Below are positions 25,801-61,907 of a DNA stretch of 64,000 nt, piece after piece. The notes below the pieces were generated by a model that was not told the origin of the DNA, did no database searches, and saw only the letters and a list, made by a program, of their open reading frames with translations. Made by a program: the position numbers and the translations under genes. The stretch is from Hormiphora californensis. Taxonomy: Eukaryota > Animalia > Ctenophora. Position 1 is the first letter of the stretch; each line of letters starts with the position of its first letter. The stretch lies in contig CM035357.1 of the NCBI GenBank assembly GCA_020137815.1, forward strand, positions 6,882,001 through 6,946,000, written 5' to 3'.

Positions 25801-28800
25801 ATACACGGGGATTTTCTGTTAACTGCACCACACGGACCGTGGATGTTGTGTTTCGTGACGATGCCATAGAGTTTAGGATTAATAACTGGGTCCGGTATCT
25901 CCGCACAGACTACTCTGTCCACTCGTTCAGGTGTGTTTGGGCCATCCTCTGAAGATAGAGTAAGTAGGATATGCACATGGGGCAGTCCCCGCTTTTGAAA
26001 CTCGATCGTTGCCAAAAAACAGACCACTTTTCCAAAGATATTCTTCGTTTGTATCTCATGTTTTAATTCCAGAAATTTCTGGTAGAAAACACGAACGCAA
26101 ATGTCAGGTCTATCAGCATGGGTCTCCCCTGGTCCAAGAGATGCAGTTATCTCCTCCCAGTTGGGGTTCGTGGTGAAGGTTATGAAAAGGTGCGGCTTTC
26201 CAAAACGTCTTACACACGCCATTGCATCTTGATACCTATAGGATATATTGATCTTATAGTTTTGAAGTTAAAAAAATGCAAATGGCAATAATAACAGTCA
26301 ATAATTTAGTAATACCTTGCATTATACCATCTCGGAGTTCCGTAAACTGATGGAGGTAAAATCACCCGCCTGCCAGCATCTTGTAACTCTCCTGCTTCCG
26401 CTGCATCGACTAAACCGGAGTACCTTTCTGCTCGGATTGCCGCTTGATTATAGCGGATCCAGTTAAGTCGAGAAGACTCAATTCTGGCAAAGGCATCGAC
26501 TGCGTACTGTTGACCCAGTCTACGAAAATTAAGTGGGCTGGTCCAGTTGTCTGTGGACCTCACATTGAGTCTATACCCATAGAACTCCAGTTCAGTCATT
26601 TTTTTATTGTTTATTGTCCTCAGACTGCGATGGTAGCCATCTGTTCCTCTCGAAAACATAAGGACATAGTGTAGGGGATCAATCACACAACCGGCAGAGA
26701 GATGAATCAAGGATGCACGTGCAGTTTAAGGCTCAAGCTGGCAGGTTGCCAGGGTCCCTCTAGGGACAACACGTGCAAAAGGCCATTTCCAGGAATTTTG
26801 TGCCATATTTGGTAAAAAAACCATCACCCATCATTTCCCTATTTGCTTTAATAATAGTATGATACCCATAGAACTCCAGTTCAGTCATTTTTTTATTGTT
26901 TATTGTCCTCAGACTGCGATGGTAGCCATCTGTTCCTCTCGAAAACATAAGGACATAGTGTAGGGGATCATAGCTCCTATGGAGGGGGCTAATCCTCCGC
27001 AGTCCGCCTTCACGCAAGTGGAGTATTACATCCAAATTTCCTGCTAGATCCCCAGGTAGGAGGGCTCCAACTTCACTTCCAGTAGGGAGGCCATACTGAG
27101 TGAGGTACGATCCAGTTGGTCTTCGGTCCTGATGTAGCACTAACTTTATTTCAGGAGATCTATTCATCAGATCTATCCCTGATTTAAGAGACCGCACATA
27201 GCTATTGATATTGTGGAGGATATCTCTTAGGTCTTGCATCAGTCCATGATTCAACCCTAAAGTGGTCAATTTGAAGAAGAAAGTAATTTCACAGACAATT
27301 AAACGTAGATAGTAGATTATACCTGTCATAAATTGGGATCTTGCTTGCATTTCCGTGTCCACAAAGTACATCTGGCAGAAAGAAGGTCGTTCTCCAAATG
27401 GGGGGAGAAGGGACCCAATTCTGTGATATATTTTCCCTTGTACAGAAAATGTTGGACTGAAACCTGGTTGCACTCTTTCATTACACCCTGAAAATAGGGA
27501 ACATTATATATTTATGAAGGAATTCGAATCAGAATGGGCAGGTGAAATAATAATTAGAATTTAGTAAAACGTACCTAAAGAAGCAAGGCAAAACAGATTG
27601 TTGTATCCTCTTGCATGCTCCATAATATTTGCTCGATTTGAAGACAGAATGTCAATGAGCGGTTGAGGTGGATTTGGAACAGCAGGAAGCCTGATGTTGC
27701 CATTCTCACAACACTGTGAACTGTTTTCTTTTGCAAATAAATATGCATTACAATAAGGACACTCGTTAGCTGTGATGGCACCAACATTGATCGGCTTTAG
27801 CTTTTGGACAATTGCAGTCTCGCGAATGTCACCAATCTCGAACTGTCGACATGCACCATCCCATCTTAAGTTACGGTAACGTAGAAGCAGCTCAGGTGGG
27901 ATCGCTGAGAGTTTTAGAACGTCAGATAATGATCATCAGGCGATCAAAGTGATAAAAGAACTTACTATTTTGCAGATTCCTCGCGTTTCGTCTGTTTAAT
28001 CTCCAACGTCTTGATCGTTCTCTCTGTAACTCTCTAGGCGTTGCTGCATTTAAACCCCTCAGTGTATTGAAAAGTTGAGAACGGCGTTGAGATCTTGCGT
28101 CAGTAACTATCTCCCGTTGTCGATGTCTTGTATCAGCAGTAGTTGAAGAAGGCATTATATTAGCTGGAACACACACAACAAAGCAAGATCAAATTCACGT
28201 GCACGTGCAGTACTGCATTAGCAACCATGCCATTGGCAACGGCTCCCACCCCTGGCCTCACTCCAGCTATAGTACTCCACCTCTTAACCTGCACGTGCAA
28301 AATGCCATATTTGGTAAAAATACCATCACCCTTCATTTCCCTATTTGCTTTAATAATAGTATGATTAAATGGGATTCAGAAGGATTCAGAAGTATTTAAT
28401 TTATACCATATTTTAATAAATTATGTCATTCTGAATACTAGTACAGTCCAATCCCGATTTAACGGCACCCGGGGGAAAGGGGTCCGACTGTATTATCAAA
28501 TCTCCCCCCTCCCCCAGGTATCCATATCGCCTTGACGCGACGTCATATGTCCCCTGGAGTGATAGATGAACTGCTATCTGATATCCGGGAGAGTGCGGTT
28601 AAACAACTAGCTGCCCCCAAATCTAAACCCAGCGGAGCTGCTGCTATGTATGGAATGGCTGCCCAGATCCCCGATAGGTAAGAATGTTGTGATCTATCAA
28701 ACCCTCATACATGAAATAAAATCCGGTGTGAGCCACACAAAGGATTGGCCTTTTTTTCTAGAGATACACGGCGATATCATCACATCTCCATTCTCCACGC

Positions 28801-29149
28801 TCAATTCTTTATTCACAATTCAATATTATTGATTGCTTATTTAAAACTCTAAACTAATCTCCCTCCCCTATCGTAGTCATTATAATTTATTGAAAACACT
28901 AACTCAACCCCCCTGCAAATCATTATAACTTGTTTAAAGTCAAACCACTAACTCCCTCCCCCCTTATAATTTATTGAAAACACTAACTCAACCCCCCTGC
29001 AAATCATTATAACTTGTTTAAAGTCAAACCACTAACTCCCTCCCCCCTTATAATTTATTGAAAACACTAACTCAACCACGGCCCACTACAGGTCAATTGT
29101 GGATGACATTGCCAAGGAGTTCTGGAAGTTGTACTACAGCACTGGATAA
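6278..29149 (+). CDS. SGPL1: Sphingosine-1-phosphate lyase (PLP-dependent), 12 coding exons
   Basis: Phase-consistent GT-AG exons: 6278-6409, 6545-6749, 7225-7388, 7864-7980, 8808-8987, 10259-10401, 10547-10723, 10977-11119, 11780-11859, 14189-14309, 28518-28677, 29092-29149. Motifs [49 protein letters not shown] (PLP lysine), [13 protein letters not shown]. Confidence 0.93.
7799..7894 (+). repeat. 45-bp tandem duplication spanning the SGPL1 exon 4 acceptor
   Basis: Two copies of ccccaat..tgttc(t/c)ag|gtctataagaggtattgctggactaat; AG at 7817-7818 and 7862-7863. Confidence 0.9.
10055..10287 (+). repeat. 46-bp x5 tandem repeat spanning the SGPL1 exon 6 acceptor
   Basis: Unit aataatgttctgcag|gttgacccagttacctatgcagttaaccccc; AGs end at 10074, 10120, 10166, 10212 and 10258. 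Confidence 0.95.
12180..12880 (+). mobile_element. Penelope-like element 3' fragment: GIY-YIG endonuclease plus pLTR-like tail
   Basis: Translates [53 protein letters not shown]..stop (~12610); interrupted by a small fold-back insertion at ~12311-12345. Confidence 0.8.
12775..12820 (+). ncRNA. Minimal type I hammerhead ribozyme core (possibly degenerate)
   Basis: CTGATGA (12782-12788), stem GACGT/TAA/ACGTC, then GAAAC and GTC; lies downstream of a Penelope-like ORF, where such motifs are established; stems I and III imperfect. Confidence 0.65.
14938..15889. repeat. Rearranged duplicate of 20062-20858 (direct + inverted + direct segments)
   Basis: 14938-15148 = 20062-20272; 15161-15551 = reverse complement of 20468-20858; 15554-15889 = 20267-20602. 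Confidence 0.9.
16110..16410. repeat. Diverged ~150-bp tandem duplication
   Basis: aggggcacat..gtgaccccgcatccacc..ccaaggaagttt..cattttctcgg..cattaccaa occurs twice. Confidence 0.7.
17950..20607 (-). mobile_element. Degenerate Ty3/Gypsy-like LTR retrotransposon next to the Helitron 3' region
   Basis: LTR-like 20607-20157 (TGTG...CACA, internal TATAAATA), PBS-like TGGTATACTG at 20155-20146, gag ATG 30 nt later; integrase-like remnants (CAVC, KYILLLQ, SGPQ, YHP) at ~18640-18380; left boundary uncertain. Confidence 0.65.
19193..20125 (-). CDS. Retrotransposon Gag-like protein
   Basis: 310-aa ORF with the capsid-like [16 protein letters not shown] motif directly after the LTR/PBS. Confidence 0.75.
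   Translation of the reverse strand: MSNGNNTFDQNGVVGDGRDPTNGAVTRIEPGLEPGNFADAVKAAEAAFERKLEELLRKENLHDLPEENKQGIKALLKLQRALGGNKELDTRLLTAGMRQPLVYSPAQMTIRQFLCGYEAFVNVLGLSEAAIIGGFVTYLPPKMQERIVESNLDTSSWAVYKEGARRILEDSSRYNALKARFDIRNSSQKAGESVHEFGERLRDLGNIGFPNTDPIARSSRDSVMKDALAAGIINDEVSIQLIRNINNMNFNRLLEEAITLEISHQARKTIRGRVVERREEAVAVPAFRTEFSQVNRSGPSRQFEEYTPDI
23580..23930 (+). CDS. Putative 93-aa two-exon protein nested antisense in a Helitron intron (N-terminal MLLRSGK, helical/coiled-coil-like)
   Basis: Exon 23580-23735, intron GTAAGT..TACTAAT..TTTTCAG (23736-23804), exon 23805-23930 in frame to TAA; upstream acceptor-like TTTTCAG at 23521-23527. Confidence 0.6.
24375..25556 (-). mobile_element. CACTGCGC/hairpin element, monomer, inserted in the Rep tyrosine motif
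   Basis: One end CACTGCGCTGGCAAGCGCAAAGG, other end a 217-bp hairpin (24375-24591); removal restores KYLYK followed by the intron donor; homologous to 45827-49182. Confidence 0.85.
26682..26862 (-). mobile_element. Second, diverged Helitron 5' terminus inserted at an A|T site, flanked by a ~107-bp duplication
   Basis: TCATACTATTATTAAAGCAAATAGGGAAATGA matches the 28364 end; 26574-26680 is repeated at 26863-26970. Confidence 0.8.
28444..28490. mobile_element. Miniature TA-flanked CAGT..ACTG MITE (pogo/Tc1-like)
   Basis: ta-cagtcc...tccgactg-ta; same family as 61551-61683. Confidence 0.55.
28870..29077. repeat. ~83-bp tandem repeat just upstream of the last SGPL1 acceptor
   Basis: ttataatttattgaaaacactaactcaacc.. 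in ~2.4 copies. Confidence 0.85.
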
Positions 29150-30395
29150 AGCTGCAGCTTGGTCGCCCATTTCACCGCGGATAAAGTGAAATATATATCT
29201 GCAGAATTTTAGATAAGAATTGGACTCAGTATTGAGAATTTTAATGATTCAATATGTTGTCAAAGAGGACAGGAAACGAGAGAACTGTGATTGAAGGAGG
29301 GAGAGAGATAGAAACTGTTTTATTTGTGTTCAAGTGAAGCTTAGCCCGATCCCCCTCTCTAATTCCGATGTAAAAGTTAATCTGTCTGGCGGCGCTCGAC
29401 CCGATCTGAGCCGTCAGATAGAAGTCAAATAAAGTAAAACCCAAACTAAAAGGACCCTCACTTGGGTTGAGATAGAGACTGGAAATTGTTTTTGTAGAAC
29501 GAACTCGATATGATCTTCCTACAAAAAATATCTTGAGGCCGAGGGGGTTGAGTTGGTGACATGGACTGTCTGGCGCCGCGACCCATCTGAGCGCACTGTC
29601 GAATCTGAGAATCAAATGGGGTATGGCGCCGCCATACAGGACATGGACAACCATTGGAAACCTGTGCGAGATCGACTGAGAGATTGATCCCACAAATTTT
29701 GAATAGGTGGCAATGGCACCAAGGGGTGGAGCTATAAATGACCTTGGTAAAGTTCACAAAACCCAATACAAGTGAGGGTCTTTTTAGCTTGGGTTATACT
29801 TATACTTTAATTCAGTGTTTTGTACTAGTAATTAGTAAGACCCTCATCCGACATGTGTGTGCTGTGTTTTGAATTTGTTTAATTTACCTTAAGTTGCCTC
29901 TAATTTTGGAGTGCCGAAGATAATATAATTTGTTACGTAGAAATAACTCTAGCAACTAGATCGCGTATATTAATTTCTGTTTCAACTGAATATTTATTTA
30001 TCAACAAAATTATATACAGTGTTTCAATTTGCTTGTTCATCACACTTGTCTCACAAGACAGATTCACACTCGGTTGACCGAGTGTGAATCTGTCCGCAAT
30101 CACAGAGTTCTCCTTTGTTACAAATCCATCCAGGACCAATTTAATACAGTTACAAAAAAGTACAAATATTTGGCTTTCCGCTTTATGCAGGCCAGAAAAA
30201 GGCATGGACCATCCTATACTATCATAATGTACGTCATGACTTCGCGGGCGGTGCTATTATCCTAGTATAATTGGGATGTCTCTGGGGGACGTCCCACGAT
30301 GTACAAGGGAGGCTAAAACTGGCCCAGGGGAACTTCCTTCCGGTGCCAGACACACCTCCCGGAGTGCTAGTAGCACTGTCAGGCCAATGCTCCGA

Positions 30396-31583
30396 TAGTA
30401 GGGTCGGTTGTGGGAAGTTGGGTCTGGAATTTTAAATTTGACTTGCTGATATGATTAGGGACTCTATAAAAAGTCCAAAGTACCATCCCACAGGTCTCTA
30501 CCACCCCCGGTTCACTAATTAGCCGTAATTATGTGATTTATGACGTTATCGCCAATTAGCACTAATAATACCAGTTCCTGGTCACTTAGAGCTTAGGTTT
30601 TGATACCAGCTGATAGAGGATCACTAGATTAGTGGGCATTCAAAATTTTAGGTCGATCGGAGTTATGGTCAAGGAGTTATAACCGTTTTTCCGTTTGGCT
30701 GGCGGTTGGCTGGCACCACGTGGGATTACGGGTTTAGGTCGTCGTGGGAGGTCGTAATTGGTCGCGTTCGAACGGGCTCGATGAGGTGATCAAAACCTAG
30801 TGGGGCCAGACCTTGGCCCCACCCCGTTCTTGGGTTATTGGGCTTTTTCGGTTTCCCGCCAAAATATTTTCCCGCCAAAACCGAAAAAGCCTAATAACCC
30901 AAGAACAGGGTGGGGCCAAGGTCTGGCCCCACTAGGTTTTGATCACCTCATCGAGCCCGATCGAACGCGACCAATGACGACCTCCCACGACGACCTAAAC
31001 CCGTAACACGGGGGATTACGGGGGCTCGAATAGATCGCCCGTATAGATCGCCCGTACCAGTCGCCCGTACATTTACTTTGCGCATTACGTTTCATCGCAC
31101 TTTCACCACAAATAAGGTACATGCGCGTTACGCACATGTGTTTTGTTGTGGTGAAAGTGTGGTGAAACGTAATGCGCAAAGCAAATGTACGGGCGACTGG
31201 TACGGGCGACTGGTACGGGCGTCTCATCCGGGCCCCCGTAATCCGCTGCCTAATCCCACGTGGTGCCAGCCAACCGCCAGCCAAACGGAAAAACGGTTAT
31301 AACTCCTCGACCATAACTCCGATCGACCTAAAATTTTGAATGCCCACTAATCTAGTGATCCTCTATCAGCTGGTAACAAAATCTAAGCTCTAAGTGACCA
31401 GGAACTGGTATTATTAGTGCTAATTGGCGATAACGTCATAAATCACATAATTACGGCTAATTAGTGAACCGGGGGTGGTAGAGACCTGTGGGATGGTACT
31501 TTGGACTTTTTATAGAGTCCCTAATCATATCAGCAAGTCAAATTTAAAATTCCAGACCCAACTTCCCACAACCGACCCTACTA
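30396..31583. mobile_element. Foldback element with ~333-bp TIRs enclosing two internal hairpins
   Basis: Arms 30396-30728 and 31250-31583; hairpin 1 30726-31006; hairpin 2 31014-31243; CGA on both flanks. Confidence 0.85.
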
Positions 31584-32616
31584 CGACAGCTGTAGCAGTG
31601 TAGCACTGCTACTGCAGCCTAGAGAGTAGAGCATCTTGGGCCACTATTATACTTGCGAATGCGCTAAGACTCTGAGCACCGAGTGAGCTGGCATATTGCA
31701 CTGACGGGGGAGCCTAGTGAATGTCAATGAGGGTGCAGCGCATTGTCAAAAACGGGCGACAGACACTGTCTGAGACAGGCTACCAATACCTACCCCTGTT
31801 TTGATTTCAAATTCAACAGGTCACGTGACCTGTTGAAACCAAAACAGGTAGTGACGTCACCAGACCCCCAGTGGGCCCCGCCACGGTCACGCCGGCCCGA
31901 TCTGACCGCATTGCTGGCGGCGCCAGACTCAAATAATCTGAGCGTACGACAGTGCGCTCAGATGGGGTCCGCTTAGATCAGGTCGGCGGCGCCGACCTGA
32001 TCTAAGCGCACTGAGATTGAGAAATGAGAATCAAAATGGGGTCTGGCGACGCTAGACAGCACATCCGTAACCTGTGGGAACATATATATTCAGAAACTGT
32101 CTGAGAGAAGGCGCGCGCTACTTGTCTGGAACGCGCCGATCGATATAGGTGTAGGGAATACTCTCATTATTGCGCAAAGCAGATATACGGGGGATTGGTA
32201 TGGGCGATTGGTCCGGGATATTTTTCTGCCCCCTTAATCCCCTGACTAACTAGCCAGTAAATTAAAAACTTCAAAATTAAATGTTGGCGAACTATTTTGT
32301 ATTTACAGAATAGTGATTATCAACATGACAGCTTCCCTCTCTGAATATAAATCAGTATTTACATTGGAAACACTACAAATGCTATTTAAATATTTTATTA
32401 AAAAAGTCCATACTTCTTGGTTATCTCTGTATTTAAAACTTAATCTCTCCCCGAAAACTAAGTCTAAAAAGTCTCTGTGCTAAATAACAGAGTCTGTTTT
32501 GCCAATTGGTTTCGCATTCCACGCCCCACGGCCGGCCGGGTTCCTTGAACTTGTTCACGATACGATCTCTTCGTGTGATCCACTATTCCTTTATTGAGTA
32601 AGGGGGTACTCAACAA

Positions 32617-57926
<25,310 letters not shown>

Positions 57927-58176
57927 CTGAACATACCACTGGGGGGGGGGGTGTTAATGTTAATTGATGATAATTTGATCCATATCTGTTAATAGAAAAG
58001 CTAAAGAGATGAGATTAGCAACTTTGTTTTTACTCAAGTCTCAACAAAATAGAATAGAGGTCTGTCTAAAAGTTTTATATTTTGTTGAGTACCACGCTTC
58101 GCATTTGGGTATAATTCATGTCAATTCACAGTCTCCCCTTTCTCTAATCTCTTTTCCAGCTATCTATGTGTCAAGT

Positions 58177-60824
58177 TTTTGCGAAGGCCGGGGTACCGGT
58201 TCAAATAGAAAATATGTCAGTACAATATTATTTACATGAATAGATATAAAAATAAAATTTACTCTTACGGGTGTAATAAGTTAAGTATAAATAAATCAGA
58301 TAATAAGGTGAAAATCGTTTGTTTTGCTACAAAAATGTGTCCATTTATTGCCCCTGTACCCCCTGATGGCGATGAGAATGGTCTTCAGCAGCGAGAAAGA
58401 CAGACGGAGACGAATGTACCGGATGGCATCGTTGTAAGTATGCCCCGTTTTGTCTGATAGAAGTTTAGCAACCTTCTTGTAGAACACCTCCGCTTGGGGG
58501 CCCATAACCCCAGTTGTCGAGAAGACTAGAGGTGTGAAAGTTGCCTTCTCGACCTGAAGGACTCTGTCGTTGTAATTCAAAACCTTTTCCCTCTCGTGTC
58601 TCCTCATAGTGTCCTGGAGAGACTTGCCGATGTTGGTTGGCGCAAGACTGTTGAATACACGGATGTCAGTGTAAACTTTGTCCAAGTCACTCCACACATT
58701 GCGGGCAGAAACATCCAAACGGGCACTGTTAGCAGTGTTAGTAGAACGGTATTGGAATGTTTCACCAGTTATGGGTAGGAGCTGCGGCTCAATGCGGACG
58801 TCCTTGCAGCCGGCTTCCACGAGGATGTTAGCTGTGAGGTCTCGGATGTTATTGTGCCGTAAATACACGTAACCTCCCAGGGCACACGAGAGACAGTGCT
58901 CCAAAGTGTTCGCCTTGCCACAAGCACATGCAGCGGGTACATCTTCAAGGGGAAGGTTGTATCGCAGCAGAATGGCGTCCCGGAATTGTTGTTTATTTAG
59001 GACGAAACCGTGCTCCTTCAAAGGCAAAGCTGTTAACCAGCTTGAAGCTCCTCTCGATGATATTTCATCGAATAAACGCCTGTCAGTACCCCGGTGTCCC
59101 GATTTTTTTTTTCACGCCTGGAATTTTCATTTTGGGGGCTCGTTTTGCTGCAAGAATTTTACTGTTTGCTGCAGTCATGGATAGGGATTTTCCAAATTTT
59201 CTACCGTCCTAAACATGATTTCATTGGAAAAAATACCCCGGCAGTCCCTATAAGATTGGAATTTTTCCTGGAATATTCCCCTACTGCAGTCCCCTGCAGT
59301 CCCTATAAGATTGGAATATTCCCCTACTGCAGTCCCTATAAGATTGGAATATTCCCCTACTGCAGTCCCTATAAGGTTGGAATATTCCCTGGAATATTCC
59401 CCTACAGTCCCTATAAGTTTGGAATATTCCCTGGAATATTCCCCTACTGCAGTCCCCTGCTGTCCCTATAAGATTGGAATATTCCCTAGAATATTCCCCT
59501 ACTGCAGTCCCCTGCAGTCCCTATGATATTGGAATATTCCCTAGAATATTCCCTACTGCAGTTCACAGTTATCAAAATTCCTTGAAAATTCTCTGCAGTC
59601 CCTGCTGCAGTGCTGCAGAGATGGAATATTCCAAGAAAATTCCACTGCTGCAGTCCCTGCAGCACTGCAGCAGGGACTGCAGAGATGGAAAATTCCAAGA
59701 AAATTCCACTGCAGAGACTGCAACAGTGACAGTAACGATCTCACCCCTTTGTAAAGCTATGGGGAAAAAAGAGAGCTATGTCAAAGTATGAATCTCTCTT
59801 TTGTTTCCCCTTCCCCCTTACTCGACTGTTGTCGGTGCACTACGCACAACTGGGGCATGCCCCAACATATTCTATCTCTCTGTTATAACAGAGAGATATG
59901 TTAGAGAGAGAGAATATGTTACACACTGCTGCAGCACTCATCACTGCTCTGTGTGTAAGTATGGGAAATATCTTCTGCTGCAGTAGCAGCTGCTGCTGCA
60001 GTGCCCTAATATTTTTTCATTTTGCTGCATAGATTTTGTTTTGCTGCAGAATTTTTGCATTTATCTTTCCTTCATATTCCAGAGATCGGGACACTGGGGT
60101 CAGTACCAGACAGAAGTGAACATGCCTGTTGTTTTTCGGCATTTTGAATAGTACGTTTAAGTTTTAATACATTGCCCTTCGCTCCCTTCGCTTCCCAAAG
60201 GCATGAATCAGCACGTTTTTCGCTGATAAGAAGAGATTGTTCAAGGATCAGCTGTTTCAGGGGTTCTGTAGCCTGTGTAGAGTTCGCAAATTCAGCACTA
60301 GCCTGTGTAGTTGGGATGGGGATAGCTAGCCCGCCGTCTCGAGCAGGTAGGGCAGCAATATACCTCAGATGGCTAGGGGTGTTGGAACCCATAAGGGCTG
60401 GAATGAAAGATGACTTGATCATGTTCTCAAGAGGTGCAAACTGTTCTTCAATCCCCTCTGTAGTCCGCATCAGAAAAAGCCATTTCTTGGACAGACCGAA
60501 GGTATACCCACTGTAAGCACACTGTGGTTCCGTAGCAGCGATCTGGGACAGTGTTCGTACTTGGTTCACCCAATCCTCCACCTTTTCGGATACGACGTTG
60601 TTCTTAAATTCGTCAGTTCCGATAGGTGATCCCAGATACCTGACTCCTTCTGTAGTGATAACTACTCCTGTGCCCGCAAAAAGATCTCTAGCTTTACGGG
60701 CATACTGCTCTTTCACCAGAAGGATTGACTTTGACCCATTAGGGTAGTACCCATATCCTGGACCACGCTCACAGAGTTTCTCCCACCACCTCTTGATGTT
60801 ATGGAGTTTCCCAGCTGAAGCCCC
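58177..60824 (-). mobile_element. 5'-truncated CRE-clade non-LTR retrotransposon (RT C-terminus + CCHC + restriction-like endonuclease)
   Basis: GASAGKL..WWEKL..GPGYGYYPN..K, RYLGSPIG, LPARDGGL, ASSWL..P, CACG..H..C, RHN, RLD..D, FTPLVFST.G; 15-bp TSD ATCTATGTGTCAAGT at 58162-58176 and 60825-60839; short A tail. Confidence 0.88.
59090..60098. mobile_element. Non-autonomous TIR element with subterminal repeat arrays, inserted in the CRE ORF
   Basis: TIR CCC(G/A)GTGTCCCGAT; TSD GTCAGTAC at 59082-59089 and 60099-60106; excision restores LLSGTDRRLFDEISSRGASSWL in frame. Confidence 0.9.
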
Positions 60825-61189
60825 ATCTATGTGTCAAGTGATAATGAAATTCGACAAACTTCTAGTCTCTAGAACTCTAGAAGCTTCTTTCCCCGCTTGT
60901 TCTTTGTAGATAAAGATTCATAAAGATGTGTCAAGATCGAGTGTTTCTCTGTATAGAAGCATAATTTTGAAATGATTTAATTTTCCCACCACCTCTTGAT
61001 GTTATGGAGTTTCCCAGCTGAAGCCCCATCTATGTGTCAAGTGATAATGAAATTCGACAAACTTCTAGTCTCTAGACATCTAGAAGCTTCTTTCCCCGCT
61101 TGTTCTTTGTAGATAAAGATTCATAAAGATGTGTCAAGATCGAGTGTTTCTCTGTATAGAAGCATAATTTTGAAATGATTTAATTTTCC
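60781..61189. repeat. 203-bp tandem duplication spanning the CRE 5' junction
   Basis: tcccaccacctcttgatg... starts at 60781 and again at 60984. Confidence 0.9.
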
Positions 61190-61550
61190 TGGAGAGAGCA
61201 CTGTTTCGACCTGTAATCATGCGTAATCAGTACACTGTAGTGGAACTATGTGAAACTTAGTGAGAGATCATCAAACTAATCATGAGTCTCTGAATCATCA
61301 TGATCATGATTTTACTTGTCTCACAAAATCATTTTACCGGATGAATCGTGACCACATTTTCCCACGATCTGATGCGCGCAGCATGCGCTCTCTAAGCCTG
61401 GTAGCACACGATTACATGCTGCATATTGGGCTGGTCTCGGCGCCCTACGTGTATGTGAGGTAGAACCTGTGACATGACGAGGGACAAAGAGTTGACAAGG
61501 TGTGTGGGCATCGGCAGATTGGATGTGTCTTGTGATCGGTGGACGAAATA

Positions 61551-61683
61551 CAGTCGGACCCTGATTTACCGGAACCCCGATTTACCGGGAGGAAAAACTT
61601 CCCCCGATTCAGGAAATTAATGGAATATCACCCCGATATACCGGGCACCCCGACTTACATCCTGGTAAATCGGGGTCCGACTG
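61551..61683. mobile_element. TA-flanked pogo/Tc1-like MITE
   Basis: TA-CAGTCGGACCC.GATTTACC...GGTAAATCGGGGTCCGACTG-TA; fragments at ~17125-17240, 28444, 32800-32881, 33880-33950 and 54105-54200. Confidence 0.8.
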
Positions 61684-61907
61684 TATAGAGATATATGAGA
61701 ATGGATTGTGTTATAATGGTCTGGTGGCGGTAGAAATTGTTTTCTTTATCAAACTAAACAGAGAACTGAGAAAAGTCAAGCTATTCAAATTCATGACGCA
61801 GATTACCATGACGCATTTCGCAGATGTCCATTGTCAACCACTATTGTTTGAATTTTTGGTACGCTCAGATCTCTAGTTAGGGAATTTTAGTATATTTTTT
61901 CAGCAAA

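Larger units (their letters stand above)
20794..28155 (-). pseudogene. Helitron RepHel (Zn finger + HUH Rep + Pif1 helicase), multi-exon, broken by two insertions
   Basis: CPYCNA..CCENG; YDPLHYVL; [10 protein letters not shown]; [15 protein letters not shown]; [24 protein letters not shown]; [12 protein letters not shown]; GGTGKT; IDECSM; GDWKQVLPV; LLRNL..HCNGT; [13 protein letters not shown]; stop TAA 20796-20794; many short GT-AG introns. Confidence 0.9.
20610..28364 (-). mobile_element. Helitron (autonomous type, disrupted) inside SGPL1 intron 10
   Basis: 5' terminus A|TCATACTATTATTAAAGC at 28364; RepHel coding exons; no canonical 3' hairpin-CTRR found, the 3' side abuts the LTR element. 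Confidence 0.9.
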
